From assembly GCF_037042905.1 (NCBI RefSeq), contig NC_087253.1, positions 11,966,001-12,030,000 of the forward strand: a stretch of 64,000 nucleotides of DNA. Reading direction: 5' to 3'. How positions within the stretch are numbered: the stretch's first letter is position 1; every line of letters begins with the position of its first letter. Position numbers and translations under genes: made by a program. The notes under the pieces are model-generated. The model was not told where the DNA came from and did not search any database. It was given only the letters and a program-made list of their open reading frames with translations. The stretch is from Lytechinus pictus. Taxonomy: Eukaryota. Shown here piece after piece: positions 63,697 to 64,000 of this stretch.

Positions 63697-64000
63697 GTAA
63701 GTTAAAAAAGTTTAAATGTCAGTTAAAAGTTTACTGGTATGGTATCAATTGGTAAATGCAGCTTTGTGTAACTCATCAGATTGTCTGTCCATTTATCTGC
63801 AGAGTGATTATACAGCATTCGTAATATTTGTTAATATTTTTCATCTGATGTTGAGGGTCTTATTCTCCATTTAAAGCACACAAAGCAAAAGGCTGTCCAT
63901 TGGCTAGAATGGCTCACCTGTCATTGTCCTTGAACCCATCTCATTTTCGGGTATTGTTGTGACATGGTGGTAGTGAATCTTTCTTGCCCGTGCCTGATGT

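Overview
This is AT-rich, intron- and repeat-dense animal genomic DNA; the repeat landscape and gene style suggest a sea urchin or other echinoderm (inference). Five protein-coding genes were reconstructed by hand from splice sites and exon phases. (1) A 5-exon UDP-glucuronosyltransferase (minus, 9613-1025); a second, pseudogenised first exon lies inside its intron 1, giving a UGT1A-like variable-first-exon layout. (2) The NEDD8-conjugating enzyme Ubc12/UBE2M (plus, 6 exons, 27844-35952). (3) A type-I membrane protein with EGF-EGF-LDLa-LDLa-TM and two PPxY motifs (minus, 57023-48739). (4) A 2-exon sulfotransferase-like P-loop protein (minus, 60228-58331). (5) The 5' part of a mitochondrial seryl-tRNA synthetase or SLIMP-like gene (plus, from 61424, running off the window). 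The most striking non-genic feature is an 11.7-kb element (15353-27033) with CCCTTACAAAAAATTCCTG terminal inverted repeats, a 2-bp AG target duplication and about 1 kb of subterminal repeat arrays at each end (CACTA/CMC-like). It has no visible transposase but carries promoter-like first exons, spliceable exons and nested MITEs. The window also holds many hAT-, Harbinger- and Kolobok-type MITEs, tRNA-derived SINEs, LINE fragments, tandem repeats and two assembly gaps. All homology calls come from recalled motifs; no database searches were run.
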